Notes: a model not told the origin generated them from the letters alone. Shown: positions 26,303-41,349, counted from the first letter of the stretch. The stretch is 64,000 nt of DNA from Hamiltosporidium tvaerminnensis FI-OER-3-3 (GCA_022605425.2 CM061255.1:372001-436000); one strand, 5' to 3'. Translations and numbers: made by a program.

Positions 26303-27027
26303 TAGCGTGAAGATAACCCCATAAAAAACTTTCTGCTTGGCAATGAGTGTGTGAAACTGGTCTGATGTCATTGTTTGGATTTTTGGTGGGAATAGAACCA
26401 CACTACATCTTCGGTTGCTCCATGGAGTTGTTATGAAGAGGAGAGGTCATAAAAATGGAGAAACTTTTTCTACAAATTTATTTGTAGTTTCATATGTAAA
26501 AAGATTACAAACCGCAGCTAAAATTGTAGGTAATTGCCATTAAAAAGCATGGAAACCTAGCCTTGCTCACTCAAGTTAGAAGACTTGGCGCCTGGGAGAT
26601 ATAAAAATAAAAACCATTTAAAGCCGGGAGAACCAAGTAGCAGGTTATACTTGTTGGTATGATATTGCACTGTCTAGGTGGACCCCATGTAAATCTCTGA
26701 AATATATCTTAGCTAGAAGTTTATTGGGTTCAGAAAGTGTAGAGTAAGTGGGGATGCTGCATAGTCTTGGGAGAGCCCGGGGAGCTTCGGCCTTCGATCA
26801 CATTCCATGCAACAGACTTTAACGAACTCCGGGTAACTGCCTCGCCTAGTAATTAGGTTCTACACACCTTTTAGATGAAAGGGTTTGGGACGTTGTTATC
26901 GCAGGGGGTACCGATGGAGTGTTGGGGTAGCAATTAACTTTCTTATACCTAGAACCGCGTTAGTGTCAGCAAAACAAATCTAACACTTGCCACTATTTTA
27001 AAAAGATGTGGTACTTTTGAATAAAAT
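26303..27027 (+). mobile_element. 730-nt retroposon family, copy D
   Basis: Full-length and colinear with copy H; 5' end eroded; TSD not clear. Confidence 0.9.
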
Positions 27028-28706
27028 CTGTATAACCTCATAGTCATTTTTATCAAAAATTTTTTAATTTGATCAAGTATAAAGTTTACGAAGCTATTAA
27101 AGCGATAATTGTTTTATGCAATTATTATTGATAATATAAATAAATTGCACAAAAGAACGGCAAAAAAGCATTAATCTTATCTTACAATTTTTTATGTAAT
27201 TGTAAAAATTTTTGAAAAGAATCCGAATAAATCAATTAAAGTTTTTTTTTAAAAAATAATTCTTTAGAGAAAGTAAAAAAACAAATTTAGTATGTTATTC
27301 TTGATAAATAATACAATTTGGAAGAAAATTTAGGAATTTTAGTTCAAATATTTTTTTGAACCAAAGAATCTTTCTAAGTGTACCATGTTCTACTTCTTGT
27401 TACAATTATTAGTTTGAAAATATATACGAACAAATAAAAAGAGTCAAATCCTAACTATAACACTATTATTGGTGGCTTGTATTTTTTAACCAATTAACAT
27501 TTTGAAGTAAGTCGACATCGTCAGAAAAGTACTGAATTATATTATAGAATAAAATTCGAAATATAAAAAAATTTGATTTTATAAAGTTATATATTTAGAC
27601 TTTCAAAAAACTTCAAAATAAATTAAATTAAGTTGAAATAATCTCAATCTTGAAATTTATTTCCTAATTCTGAAAAAAACTTTAATTTTTTTCTATCCCA
27701 AAATATATATTTACTATACAATAAAAATATTAAGATACAAACTTAGTATCAATAAAGGAATGAACTTGAAACATTTAAATTATTAAATTTCAAAATAATA
27801 AATTATAATTTTTTGTTTTTTAAACATATAGTTTATACTAATGCCATTCCCATTATATTTAAAATATTATTGATAAAAATTTTGGCAATAAATTTTCTCT
27901 CTTTTTAAAATTTTTTTCCCACCATTTTAACGCCTTCAAATATTCTAAAACGTATTTTTATAATCATTTAAATTAAATTTGTTTAGTTATTAGGTATGTG
28001 TTATTTTTTCTCCTCTAAAGATTGTTTCACCCTTTTTGTCAATCCCTTATCATTTTTTCTATATTAACTTCTAATTTTTATTGTTTTCCAATGATATGAT
28101 AGTTGATAATCTGTATACATATATATTTAAAATATCTTTGACAATATCATTTAAGGGTCATAATACATGAGTGAATTGTTTTAAAATTTAAAAAATCAAA
28201 GCTGGCATTCAAAAATACATATATTTTGTTATAATGAAAAAATTATTTATGTAGACATATATTAATTTGTTTATTGCCACAATAATATATTTAAGTAATT
28301 TGACAAATAAATTTAGTATAGTTTAATTATTTTTTATTGAAGAGATCCTTTATTTTTCGAATCGCAAGATATTATTTGTTTAATCATTTTTCTATTTGAC
28401 TTTAGAAAGATTGATTTCTTTCACACAGGCAAAAAATATCCAAACCAAATTAAATAATATATTTATTTATTATAATTTTCTGCTTTTTTAGATTAATAGA
28501 CAGAATCTTAGAATATAAAAAAAACAAATTGATCTAGTTTGATCTTTGATAAATTAAATTTTACATTGAAGATGATTATTTAATTTATAAATTTCTAAAA
28601 AAGTAAATTTTATGAAAATTTACTCGTAATGTTCTACATAAATGATAAAATTTATGATAAATTAAATCATTTTCTTCTTCTTTAATAAAAATACTGTGTT
28701 CCCCTT

Positions 28707-29588
28707 ATGAATCAAAAGAAAATATATATTACAGGTGCATCTCATGGTTTGGGCCTTGAATTGACACAAATGTTTCTCGACGAAGGGAGTGTTGTTTATA
28801 CTATTGATAGAGACAAACATCCGTTAGAGGGACACGAAAGGTTACATCATACAATAGCTGACTTATTAAAAGATAAGCTTGTGATTCCTAATGAAGAGTT
28901 TGATATTGTTATTTCTAATTTGGGAACGTATCCAGGGCTTAAATATTTTAAGGAGTTGACCGATCAGGATATTGAGAATTCTAATAAGTTGAATATTCTA
29001 ATACCAACTCTGCTGGCTAGAAATGCTGCTTATAAAAAAATAGTATTTGTAAGTTCGGTATGTTCTCAACTTGGATTTCCAATGTTGGGGTTGTATAGCG
29101 GAGCAAAAGCTTATCTGGCATTGCTAAATGAATCTTTAAGAAGAGAAGGTATAAAGACAATGATTGTATTTCCATATAAATTTAATTCTGGTATGTTTGA
29201 TGAAGTTAAAGATTTATTTACAATGCGAACTACTGATGTAGCAAAAGCTGTAATGTGTGGAATTAAGAAAGAGAAGAAAGAAATATATTTGCCATGGTTT
29301 TCTATTATATCTCCATATTTTAGAATTTTACCTACTTTTTTACAGGATTGGATTATGAAAAAAACAGCCAGTTATTTTTATGGAGAAAGTATGGCACGTA
29401 CGATTACCTCGAATGGAATTCTTTCGTGTATACAAGAAAATAATCGTAATTTCACATCAAAAGATGGTAAAAAATCAAACTTTTGTTTTACAAGAAATCC
29501 TTTTAATCTAACGACAGCCGTTTACATAATTTTCTTTTCTCTCATGCTTTATATTGGCTATAAAAATTACAATATTTCTATCAATTAA
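28707..29588 (+). CDS. Short-chain dehydrogenase/reductase with a hydrophobic C-terminal segment
   Basis: TGASHGLG Rossmann motif, VSS and catalytic YSGAK; CCCC before the ATG. Confidence 0.9.
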   Translation: MNQKKIYITGASHGLGLELTQMFLDEGSVVYTIDRDKHPLEGHERLHHTIADLLKDKLVIPNEEFDIVISNLGTYPGLKYFKELTDQDIENSNKLNILIPTLLARNAAYKKIVFVSSVCSQLGFPMLGLYSGAKAYLALLNESLRREGIKTMIVFPYKFNSGMFDEVKDLFTMRTTDVAKAVMCGIKKEKKEIYLPWFSIISPYFRILPTFLQDWIMKKTASYFYGESMARTITSNGILSCIQENNRNFTSKDGKKSNFCFTRNPFNLTTAVYIIFFSLMLYIGYKNYNISIN

Positions 29589-29835
29589 TTAAATTTGCTT
29601 TATTTCTGTTTAATCCATACCGTTGCTATTTTATAAAACAATTATTTTGTATTTACTTATAAGTAAATATTTAATAATTAGTTTAATTAAAAATTCGTTG
29701 CAAAAAAAATTCTTCTCATTTAAATTCAAATACTAACATATTGTTTAATAATATATAGTAGATACTAAAAAAAATGAGTACAAATAAAGAATTAAATGAA
29801 AAACAAAATTGTAAAATCAATTATTAAATTAAAAT

Positions 29836-30474
29836 TTAGTTAGTTTTTAAATTCTTTAAAATATCAGAAAGTTCATCTGGCGATTTTCCTTTAAGTTCGT
29901 CATACACACGTTTAAACTCAGGATTTTTTAACATTTCAGTAAAATAACTATTATTTATATTAAAATCATTTGGGGATTCTTCTTTTGGACTCGAAAGTAA
30001 ATTTATTTGTGATTTGCAAATTTCATTTTCCGGATCAAATTCAAGTGCTTTTTGATAAAATTCTATCGCTTTATTTTTATCAGTATCAAAATAAAAAGAA
30101 CCCAATCTGATGTATGCTTTGTAGAATGATGGATTAATATTTAAAGCCCTATGGCAATCTTCAATTCCTTCTTCATTTTTACTAAGTTTTGCATAGGAAG
30201 CAGCTCGATTACTAAATATAATTTCATTCAATGGATTTTCCTCAATTCCCAGTGTATAGTATCGTATAGATTCTTCATAATTGCCATTTTTAAATTCTTT
30301 ATTTCCAATTTCTTTATATTCGTTTGCCTTTTCTTTATTTGGATTTTCTTTTCTTATTTCTTCCTTTCTAGTTTTTGCATTTATCAAAAACTTTTCTATT
30401 TCTTGTATTTCATTTTGTTCGAAATATTCTTGATTATATTTTACAAAATTTGTTATGTCTTCAAATGATAACAT
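29836..30474 (-). CDS. TPR co-chaperone, Sgt2/SGTA-like
   Basis: Three TPRs with carboxylate-clamp residues (KEIGN, SNRAA, KAYIR) and a C-terminal STI1-like MLKNPEF. Confidence 0.8.
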   Translation of the reverse strand: MLSFEDITNFVKYNQEYFEQNEIQEIEKFLINAKTRKEEIRKENPNKEKANEYKEIGNKEFKNGNYEESIRYYTLGIEENPLNEIIFSNRAASYAKLSKNEEGIEDCHRALNINPSFYKAYIRLGSFYFDTDKNKAIEFYQKALEFDPENEICKSQINLLSSPKEESPNDFNINNSYFTEMLKNPEFKRVYDELKGKSPDELSDILKNLKTN

Positions 30475-32639
30475 AGGGGTAATAAATTCTAAAAGACGTA
30501 TATTTTAAAAAATTATCAAGAAAAATGACATTTTGGTTTTTTAAATTTATTTTTATTGAAGAAATATTTTATTGGATAAAAGTAATATATTCAAATTGTA
30601 GATTTTTACGAAGAGAAAAAGGGGATACTAAAATAGTTGTTCTATAAATATTGAATTGTTTCTTTAAAAGGATGTTTTTAGTGAATAAAAATCTACATTA
30701 TAAATGGTTTTTACATGAAATGTAGAAAATTAATTAGATATTGCTTTTTAATTTAGAAAATATTTCTGTTTTAAAAAGGCATTTTAAATTCTGGAGCGAC
30801 TCTACCCATTGATAGGAATTGGAGAAACAAGCTATTTTATTTTTATAATGGAATAGTCAATGCTTTATTCTATAAAAATATGATGAATTCACCAAAATTT
30901 TAAAATTGTTGAAATTAAATTAAATGTTAAATTATATTTTGTATTCTTTGTTATTTGAAATTTGTTTTTATATACTAAGGACTACTGTACCACGAGCCTA
31001 TGTTTCCAGTCTGGTATTTAAATTTTTAATTATGATTTTTCTAGTTTATTTGTGCAGACAAAAGAAAGTGCAATAATTATTCGATAAAGAGTTATATAAA
31101 TGCTTTATATTGTTTAAACCTACCTATTTTAGAGCCATTTCCATATTTCAAATTTGAGTTATCGTTTTATTATCTAACAATAGTTTATACATGCTATATT
31201 TAAATTTTTAGTTACATACATACAAAAAAAATATAACACATTATGTACTACAAAAGTGTTTATAATTTTTATATTTTTTCATATTTTACGATGCTCTGTT
31301 ATTCTTAAATATCTCAATATTTTACATTTTACTTGTACTATATCTCATATTTTTCTATTTTTTATTAAGAAAGTTTTTTATAATGATACTTGTGAATTTA
31401 GAATATTTTAATACTGATTTTATTACTAATAATATGTACTTGGAGTTATATACACCTCAAACATATTTTAATCTACTTTTTTATTATAATAACATTGTTG
31501 AGTATTCAATTTTATGAGAAAAAAAGTTTAATTTATTTAATTTTTTAAAAGATGTAATGATGGTTTTACTCAAAAAGAAGCTTCTTAGTTTATCAAATAA
31601 AATCATATTATCAATTTATTTAAAGTTTTATTTTTTAAATTTCACTTCCGTTACAGTGCTATACATATCTAATTAAAAACGGAAATATATTATTAGATGT
31701 CGAATTTATTCTACAATTACTTAACATTCATATCCATAAAACCATAAAAATATCAGATTTATTCGGTTTTATGCTGCAATTCGTATATCGAGCTTAATTT
31801 CACCTTAATTTTTTTTCATATTTACTAGACGTTTTGCGATTCTTATTCAGATAAATAAAATTCGAAAAAAAAGGCATTAAAACAAAGAAAAGGCAGTCAT
31901 TATATATTTGAAGGGCAGAAAAAGCAAAGAGAAGTTGCTTTCAAGAATAAAAACACCGCAGCTTTGGTTTGATACGTTCAATAACTGAGGGTATTATAAG
32001 TTAATATAATTCGTTACAATATAACTTAAACGAAATTTTTTTCAAAGGTTTAGCTCACATTGTCGCTTTCATTAGAAAGTTTCAAATTTCACTTTTTGCA
32101 AAAACATTCTAAGCTTTTTCTTCATAAATGCTAAGCATTTGTTTCTTTTGGTCTCCTAGTGACTATCATAATCTTAAAGTTAATAGTAAATAAGTATAGC
32201 ATTGATTTAAGATTGAAATTGTGAATATCTTCATCCTATGTTCTACGAGTTACCTACCTAAAAATTTCGATATTAAATCGAGCCGGTCAACAATTACATT
32301 GGTAACATATGAACTTTTTAGTATACGATCTTTTTAAATTCATTAAAGGAACACCGATATTTACATATAAGCCTTACAAATATTCCCCTGCTTCAGAACA
32401 AGAAAAGAATTCTTCATAAATTGCATCTTCTTCGTATTTAACAACATTTTTGCTCATATAACTTATCAATAATATTTCAATAGAGGTTTTTTTAATTTTC
32501 CTCTCAATTTTTGATTGTGGCAAATCACATTGATTTATATATATACAGAACCGGCTTTCGCATATATTCTCAGATATATTGTATGCTTGTAAATAATTTT
32601 CTGATGATATTACTCAACTTGCACCTGTATTTTTGAAAG

Positions 32640-33941
32640 CCATTCTCACGTAGGAATATCTCTGTTAAATATTGGTTATAAACTTCCAAAAAAAATAGTT
32701 GCAAATAAGTTGGAGAAATGCGCTGAAGAAATTAACAGAGACTATCAATATATATTCAGTAAAGGAAGGTCGAGAAAAGATCAAATATTTATAATGAGAA
32801 TGATTTTAGAAAACTGCTACGAATATAATAATCCTACTCATCAACTCTTTCTAGATTATCAACAAGCTTATGATAGTATTTGTCGTAAATAGATGTTTAA
32901 TGCTCTTGGAGATTTAGAAATATCTACAAAACTAATGAGAATAATAAAATTAACTTCAGCTAAAGCGAAAGGAAAGGTATTGATAGAAAACGACGCTTCA
33001 AATGATTTTAGAATAAGCGGAGGCTTAAAACAATGAGACACACTATAACTTCATCATTAAACCTTACAATGAAAAAGATTATTCGTAGGTTTAAACCTGA
33101 TGAAAGTGAAACTATTTTTAAAGAAAAACCTTATACATAGCATATTCTGACAACCTAAGTATAATCTGCATAAACGAAGACTATATAAAATCTGTCTTTG
33201 GTGCAATCGCAACAGAATCAGTAAAATACTATTTAAGATTAATCAGAACAAGGAAAGTATATGGCAATGACATTTTCGCGAAGTAACTTAAACAAGGCTT
33301 TGGAAATTGACTCAATATAGTTTGAAAAACAATCGGGCTTCGAATATCTAGGAAATTTTTTAAATGAAAATATCAAAAGCAATGAGGAAATCTAGGAGCG
33401 GATGGAAGCAAGAATAAAGTCTACTTTGCGATGCAACGCCCGATTACATCAATATATAAGTATGAATTCAAAAAGGAAAATATATGACTACCATACGACC
33501 TGTTGTAATGTATGAATCTGAGACTTAGGTCATGACAAAAAAAGATGAATACTTTTAGGCGCTTGTTAAAGAAAGATACTTGCAGAAAAGATGGTTCAAA
33601 AACCATAAAAAATGGGCGAAAAATTCGAACTAATCAAGAAATTTATATTCTCTATAGTGAATCAAATTTAGGTATTGAAATAAAAATAGGAAGATTAACA
33701 TGGTTAGGACATATAACCCGAATTTCGCTTGATCGAGAGGCGGACCAAATCTATGCCTACAAACCTAATGGAAAGAAAACCAAAAGTAGACCACGGAAAA
33801 GATTGATATATGCCTTAGAAAAGGATATGAGAATGCTTAAAGCGAGGCAGTGGAAGGAAAACGGCGCAAGATAGAGAAGAATGGAGAAAAATCGCTATTG
33901 AAGCCCGGGCTCTTTAAGAGCTGTAACGCCAATTAGTAGTA
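32640..33941 (+). mobile_element. 5'-truncated, decayed RTE-clade LINE (reverse transcriptase pseudogene)
   Basis: RGISLLNIGYK, DQIFIMRMILE, HQLFLDYQQAYDSI, GLKQ*DTL, AYSDN (YADD), EYLG, WLGHITR and KSRPRKR with stops and frameshifts. The 3' end is CTGTAACGCCAAT(TAG)3. Possible degenerate TSD at 32627-32639 / 33942-33954. Confidence 0.9.
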
Positions 33942-34699
33942 GTATTTTCATAAGATAACAAGAAAATTGATATCCGTAATTAAAAGTTTAATTTGGTCTT
34001 TTATAAACTCATTTTATTCGCCGATTTGCAGGATTATGTGCGTCTATGATGAGTATAACATGCTCAAGCGCATGTCTTTCTTTTAGCGTTTTTTCTAAAT
34101 GATACACTAAATGAAAACTTAATTGTCAATCTGGAATATTTAAAAACCATTCGAGCCAGATATTATTTTTTTAATACTTCCAAATCTCAACAGATAATTT
34201 CGTACTCTTTCTCATGAAAAATTTTGATTATCGTCTGAATTAACCTAAAATTCTGCAAAGTTATGCATTCTTGTCAGTTATTGACAAATATCTTTCTTTG
34301 TTCTTACATAGACTCGCAATATTTTCTGATGATTTTTAGTACAGTTTTTTATACCAATGTGACTAGTGAAATGTTTTTATGTAACATTAGACTCATAATA
34401 CTTTATAATCATCTGTTAGGGCTGCTTTGATATTATATTGGCATTTTTCGGGCATATATTACTGCTTTTGGTGTACATTTCAGCTGTTAGTATTAACAAA
34501 CACCATAAATTTAATTTAAGTTCAAGTTCGTATGTTCCTTTTGATATTTTAAATACATATATATCTTCTATTTCCTTATTTTCTCAATCATATTTCATGA
34601 AATTTTTACCAGTCAAGAATACAATTTATTTTTTTCCTTAAGCTTATGAAAATGCATAACCACAAAAGCTTTTATTCATATATGAATGCTGATCTGAAA

Positions 34700-35050
34700 A
34701 CTTACTTCGTTTAATACCAATTATGTATAAAAATAATTTGGCAAATAAGTTGGATAATAAATTAATAAAAGTAATGTATAACTCAAAAAAGGAATTTTTA
34801 GACTTATATTTAAATTTTCTCTGGTATTAGATTCTCGTTTAGACAATTTTGAGAGAATAAAATGTAAAGTATATACATATTTTTTTCAATTATGGAATGT
34901 CCCATACGCAAAATAAATATAAAGTCTGAAAATGAACTTATCAGAACTAAAATATCAATAAAACCTTTCAAAATCCATAAAATTTTATCGATAAGAAACT
35001 CGGAACTAAATCAAAATAACAGAAGCTTTTATAAAAACAATGTACTATTA
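34700..35050 (+). mobile_element. Second, more decayed RTE RT fragment
   Basis: Shares GCAAATAAGTTGGA and loosely colinear downstream sequence with 32700-32950. Confidence 0.35.
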
Positions 35051-35767
35051 TTTAGTAAAATATAAATTTTAAATATGTTAATTTTAGTTAGGTTGAAATG
35101 AGCAAAAATTTGAATTATTTTTAGAAATATTGTTATGAAATTAAAAAATATTTAACTTTTGAGAAGTTTTTTTGATACAATTTTAAAGATTTTATGTTTA
35201 TAAATTTTAGAAAATAATTTTTGAATTACCGATTGTAAAAAAATGTTTTGATAAATATTATATAATTTCTTGTGTTTCATCAACTTAGTCTGTTTTTTCT
35301 CCCAAAAATTTTAGAACCTATTTATATGGCAAATTCAGATTATTTCTATTAATAATTTAGGAAGAATATAATTAGTAAGAATAGTGTTTATTTATGTACA
35401 CATATTTCCTAATTTCTTAAATACAATCATTATTTGTTAGCCAGAAAATAAACGTAGTATACCGAATCCTTTACAAGAATATATAAACTGAAATTGAAAA
35501 TTATTTATTCTCAATTTTTGGTTTTGCATACCCAAAGCTAATGATGATATTTTTTCTAATATAATTTTTATACGTGAAATATTGATTTTCAATTGAAATA
35601 AATTTATAAAACACCCGAAACTCAAAACTAAAAATGCAATTCACCTTAAACGAATTTTTAAATATCAAATTATATCGATCAAATTTTTGTTTTTAACTAT
35701 AATTATTTGCGGAAATGCATGTATAAAATCAGAATTATAATAATTTAGCTGTAAAATCGCACAGAAA

Positions 35768-36494
35768 CTTTATTTAAAAGTATCACATCTTTTTAAAATA
35801 GTGGCAAGTGTTATATTTGTTTTCATGAATTAACGCAGTTCTAGGTTTAACATAAATAACTGCTACCCCAAAACTCCATCAGTAACCCCTGCGATACCTG
35901 CGTCCCAAAGCCTTTCATCATCCAGATGTGTAGAACCTAATTAATAGGCGAGGCAGTTGCCCGGAGTTCGTTAATGTCCGTTGCATGGAGTGTGATCGAA
36001 GGCCGAAGCCCCCATCTGGGCTCCCCCAAGACTATGCAGCATTCCCACTTACTCTACACTTTTTGAACCCAATAAACTTCTAGCTAAGATATATTTCAGA
36101 GATTTACATGGGGTCCACCTAGACAGTGCAATGTCATACCAACAGGTATAACCTGCTACTTAGCTTTCCTGGCTTTAAATGGTTTTTTGTTTTGTATCTC
36201 CCAGGCGCTAATTCTTCTAACCCGAATAAGCAAGGCTAGGTTTCCATGCTTTTACATGGCAATTACCTACATGTTCAGCTGCGGTCTGCAATCTGGTTAC
36301 ATAAAAAACTACAAATAAATTTGTAGAAAAAGTTTCTCCATTTCTTAGACCTCTCTTCCTCATAACAACTCCATGGAGCAACCGAAAATGTAGTATGGTT
36401 TTATTCCCACCAAAAATCCAAACAATGATCTCACACCAGTTTCACACACTCATTGCCAAGCAGAAAGTTTTTTATGTGGTTATCCTCCCTCCAC
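35768..36494 (-). mobile_element. 730-nt retroposon family, copy E
   Basis: Full-length reverse copy. TSD AAT(C/T)GCACAGAAA at 35755-35767 and 36495-36507. Confidence 0.93.
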
Positions 36495-37857
36495 AATTGC
36501 ACAGAAATATCAATTAAAATAAAATAATATTTTAAAAAATCTTCAAAAACAAAAAATTCAGTTATGTAGACAAAATTATAATTCAAAACGTTTTTAATCA
36601 TTTGCAAAAGTTAACTAATATTTTGGTAAAAATAATATTATAGAGTTACCATTACATTATGTATCTAGAATCTGTTAAACGGCTTCGTATATTAGCTAAT
36701 TTAAAGGTAAGACATAAAACTCTCAGCCTGGTTTAGGCAAGTAATGCTCTATTTATGTTATGTAAACCTATCAGCACTATAAACAACAAGTAAAATATTT
36801 ATTAATCCAGAAAATACGAAATAGAATAAAAAAAGACATTTTTACATAATTATCAATGATATTCAGAAACGAAGAGTAAAAAATAGTATTTCGCAAAAAA
36901 AGAATAAACCAAGGCTATGTATAAATTGGAAAAGTTGTAACGCTTTTAAAGAGCACTAATCTATTATAATTGTAGAAAATATTAAATAAAATAAAATTTT
37001 GAATATTTACTATCTACTTGGTGATTAAATATATTTTTTAGCTAAAATTATACCTTCTTTTGAATTGCTAAGAAATTTTGTATGGCACAATAAATCAGAA
37101 AATAATTAGGAAAGACCTGTATATCATTAATATAAGTCATAATCAAAAAAGGAAAATTAAATTTCTATTAAACACAATTTTCATTAATATTGCTGCTGTT
37201 AAAACTTGCCATTAATTTGTTTACTATATCTAGAAAATCAAAACCGCATTAATAATTTTTATAATTAAAAAAATATATAAGAAACAGTCCTGTAAATTAA
37301 AAGAAATATCGGGCTAACCTTGGTTAATAAAACCATGGTTGTCCTTTTGATTTTATTTCTTTCTAAAACTCTTTTATGTATTAATCCTTGTACGAAGTTA
37401 ATTGTGTTCATATTATATTCTTTAAATCTGTCTTCTTTAATATGAGAATTTTATTTTGTTTTAGAAGTTTATATAATTTTCATGATTTGAGTTTGAAAAA
37501 ACAAGGATCATAAACTTATAAAATATTAAACCTAGAGCCGGCCCAAATAAGAGATTTTTTAGACATTAAAACTAGGAAAACATTTAAATTGTTAGTAGAA
37601 AAAACTTTAAACATTTCTCTCTTCTTTATATACATTTTTGATGTTATTTGAGTGTTGTAAAATATTCTTGCGTGATTTTGATTTCAAAAATCTTTTTTTT
37701 CTCATTTTAGCATTTTAACTACTTAACGAATTAATAAATTTTTAATTATATTAAGAAATTATATATTTTTTACCGTTTATTTATAAATTTCGTCTGATTT
37801 TAAGCCAATGGGATAGAAATCTCTATTAAATGACGATTCTGATAGATTTAAATTCTT

Positions 37858-38578
37858 ATTTATGTAAAAGCACCACATCTTTTTTAAAATAGTGGCAAGT
37901 TTTATATTTGTTTTCATGACATTAACGCAGTTCTAGGTTTAACATAAATAACTGCTACCCCAACACTCCATCGGTAACCCCTGCGATACCTACATCCCAA
38001 AGCCTTTCATCATCCAGGTGTGTAGAACCTAATTAATATGAGCGGCCGTTGTGATTTCTTAAATTTCCGTTGCATGGAGAGAAATAGAAGACCGAAGCTT
38101 TCCTGGGCATTCCAAGATTATGCAGTATTTCCACCTATTCTACACCTTTTTAACCCAATAAACTTCTAGCCAAGGTATATTTAGAGAAACACATGTGTTT
38201 TACTTAGACAATGCAATGTCATACTAACAGGTATAACCTGCTACTTAGCTCCCCCGGCTTTAAATGGTTTTATTATATCTCCCAGGTATTAAGTTTTCTA
38301 ACTTGAGTGAGCAAGGCCAAGTTCTCATCTATTTACATGAAAATTACCTACAAGTTCAGTGCGGTCTCCGATCCGGTTACATAAAAAACTACAAAATAAA
38401 TTTGTGGAAAAATTTTAGCCATTTCGTAGACCGCTCCTCTTCATACAAACATTCATAGAACAACCAAAGACACAATATGGTTTTATTCCCTACAAAAACC
38501 TCAATATGCTTTTCACATCCATTTGACATACTCATTATCAAGCAGAAAGTTTTTTGTGTAGTTATCTTGCCTCCACTA
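37858..38578 (-). mobile_element. 730-nt retroposon family, copy F (moderately diverged)
   Basis: Full-length colinear reverse copy ending CTCCACTA; TSD not recognisable. Confidence 0.88.
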
Positions 38579-40377
38579 TTAAATAAACTAAAAAATATTT
38601 CATTGTAATTCGTGATTTTCTACCTAAAGCTGGTTATAATCGTTAAATTTTGAATATTTTAATTTTGTGTCAAGATTTTTGGTTATAAGCTAATAATCTA
38701 TATTTAATTTTTTATAAATAAGAACGATGCCGTTGTGTGATACAAAGGATTCAATAATAGTTTGATATGCAGAAATTAAAAACACAATAAAGCCATTCTC
38801 TAAGAGTACGAAAATTTTATGCGTTAAGAAAGTTCTTTGAACACTTTTAATTTGCTCAATTTTTTTTGATTTTTTAAGGTTATATCTATTTTTGTAAGTA
38901 ATCTTATACTTTCTATGAGCATAAAATGTTTACAAAAAAACTTTAATTTTTAGATAATATGATATTCAATGCTTCTTGATTCTCTTTGTATTCGTTTTTT
39001 ATATGAATATCTATCTAGCTCTTAGTCAAAAACCAAATGTAAAAATGAAAAAAAACTCTTATTGTAACTTTAAATGCCACAAACGTATTTACAAAACTTT
39101 AATCACATTATATGTACATAATCAATAGTTAGGGGTTCTAGTAAATTAACTTTATGCCTCTAAGAATAGAATGCTACTGCTTTAAAAAATTTTTATTTCC
39201 CTGAATAAATCTATCAAAATCTTTCATCTATTTGTCCTTAAAGAAAATTCTCGGATTATATGTTATAGGTTTTGTGTCTATCGATATAATTCATGATTAG
39301 TTCTGAAGTTACTTTAAACTTAAGAGTTCAACACTGATTTAATTTAGAAGTAAAAACTACTTATGTTAGATTTTCCCTTTTTATACATGTTTAAATTTGC
39401 TTTTTTAATTTACTTAGGTCATTCTGAATATTCGTTTTGTTTTTTTCTTTTTTTCTGACAAAAATTATAATTGATTTATCATTTTAAGTCACAATTTACA
39501 ATAATTGTTATTCTTATTCAATCAATTGAATATAATATTTAGACTAATCCCTGGTTTCTAAACCAAATATAAAAGTAATTATATGGAAAAAAAACAAATA
39601 ATACCATTAAAAAATTCATTTATTAGCATATTTACACATTATGTCTCAAAAGTAAAATAATAATTCTTGTAATATAATCAATAAACATATTCTAAACAAA
39701 ATCACTTTTATCAATAAGAATTATAATTTAAATATAAAAGCTTATATAAAATAAAAATTATGTGTAAAGTAAAGCTTTACACAAATTAAATAGTATATTC
39801 TTTCCAAAATATTTCATAAAATAGATAATAAATTCGTATATTAAACTTTAATTAACCAAGCTCATTTACATAATAATTGTGTAATATAACCGCAAGAAAT
39901 TGAGTATTATATGCTGAAAGTTATAATTGAGTACTTCTTGATTACCTTGCATACCTGTTACGTTGAAATATGTAATTTATTATTCTAAAAAATATTTTTA
40001 TTTTAAATTCCAAGTTTCTATTATATTTTGTTGTCTAAGATTATTCTTTACAAAGCAAGTGTTTTTTTGATATTTAATATTATTTAAAACCAATAGAAGA
40101 TATTAAACACGTGTAGATATTTTGCATTGATTCAAACCATCTTCTTCTATCAAAAGAAATTAATTAGACGATATTTTTAATGCACTTTTACTGAAAAATC
40201 ATCTTATATGTACTTGAAAATACTTAATCCAAATCTTCTTTAAAATTTGTAAAACTTAAATCAAATATATCACACAGGAAATTACATAAACATTACTTCA
40301 ATAAATAAAACTCGAATTATTTATACTATCAAAAAGTAATATCTTATTTAATTTCCTTGCTAAAATAAATATAAATC

Positions 40378-40706
40378 GAATACTTTATCAAAGTTTTTTT
40401 ATTCGAGTTTCTATTTTGACATAAAATCTTATTCAAGAATACTTTATCAAAGTTTTTTTATTCGAATTTCTATTTTGACATAAAATCTTATTCAAGAATA
40501 CTTTTTAACAATAAGTTTTTTTATTCGAATTTCTATTTTGATATAAAATCTTATTCAAGAATACTTTTTAACAATAAGTTTTTTTATTCGAGTTTCTATT
40601 TTGACATAAAATCTTATTCAAGAATACTTTATCAAAGTTTTTTTATTCGAGTTTCTATTTTGATATAAAATCTTATTCAAGAATACTTTTTAACAATAAG
40701 TTTTTT
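40378..40706. repeat. 58/62-bp minisatellite, ~5.5 copies with two unit variants
   Basis: GAATACTTT[ATCA|TTAACAAT]AAGTTTTTTTATTCGAGTTTCTATTTTGACATAAAATCTTATTCAA is repeated. Confidence 0.93.
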
Positions 40707-41349
40707 GAACAGAATGACTCCTAATTCGTTTTAAAGACTTAAATTTATTTCTATTAAAGAAAAAAGAATGATTTTGAAAAAAAATTTAAAATTATTGCCT
40801 AAAGATAAATTATATAATTTCATTATCAAAAATCCATTAAAGAATTTTCTTGATTTGAAACTTACCTTTAACTTTTATTTATACATTTACATCTTGGATA
40901 TAACAGCAATATTATATTGTTTAATTTTTTAAACTTTTAGATACATCAAGTTCTTCTTTTATTACAATTATTCACTCTAAAAAAACATTTAAATATTGTA
41001 TTTACTCACCCCAGCTTTTAAGTTTTTGAAGAGTCGATCTCCTCAACAAATTTTCTCTAATCCTCCTTATCTTAAACTATTACCATTATATATTTTATTA
41101 TATAATGTTATAACAAGCTATCATTTCAATCCTTAAATTCCAATTTCATACATTAAGCTTATGATTTACACAAATAATCTATTTACATTATAAAGTAGGT
41201 TTTTTAAGTTTCTTACTTTTTCATTTTCATTTCAGGGGCTTTTTATTTTTATACATTTATATGTATCAAAGAAAAGAATATTAAGGGTATAAAAAAATAT
41301 ATTTAAAAATACAAAAAACACATATTTTTAATTTCATTTAACTCCCCAA

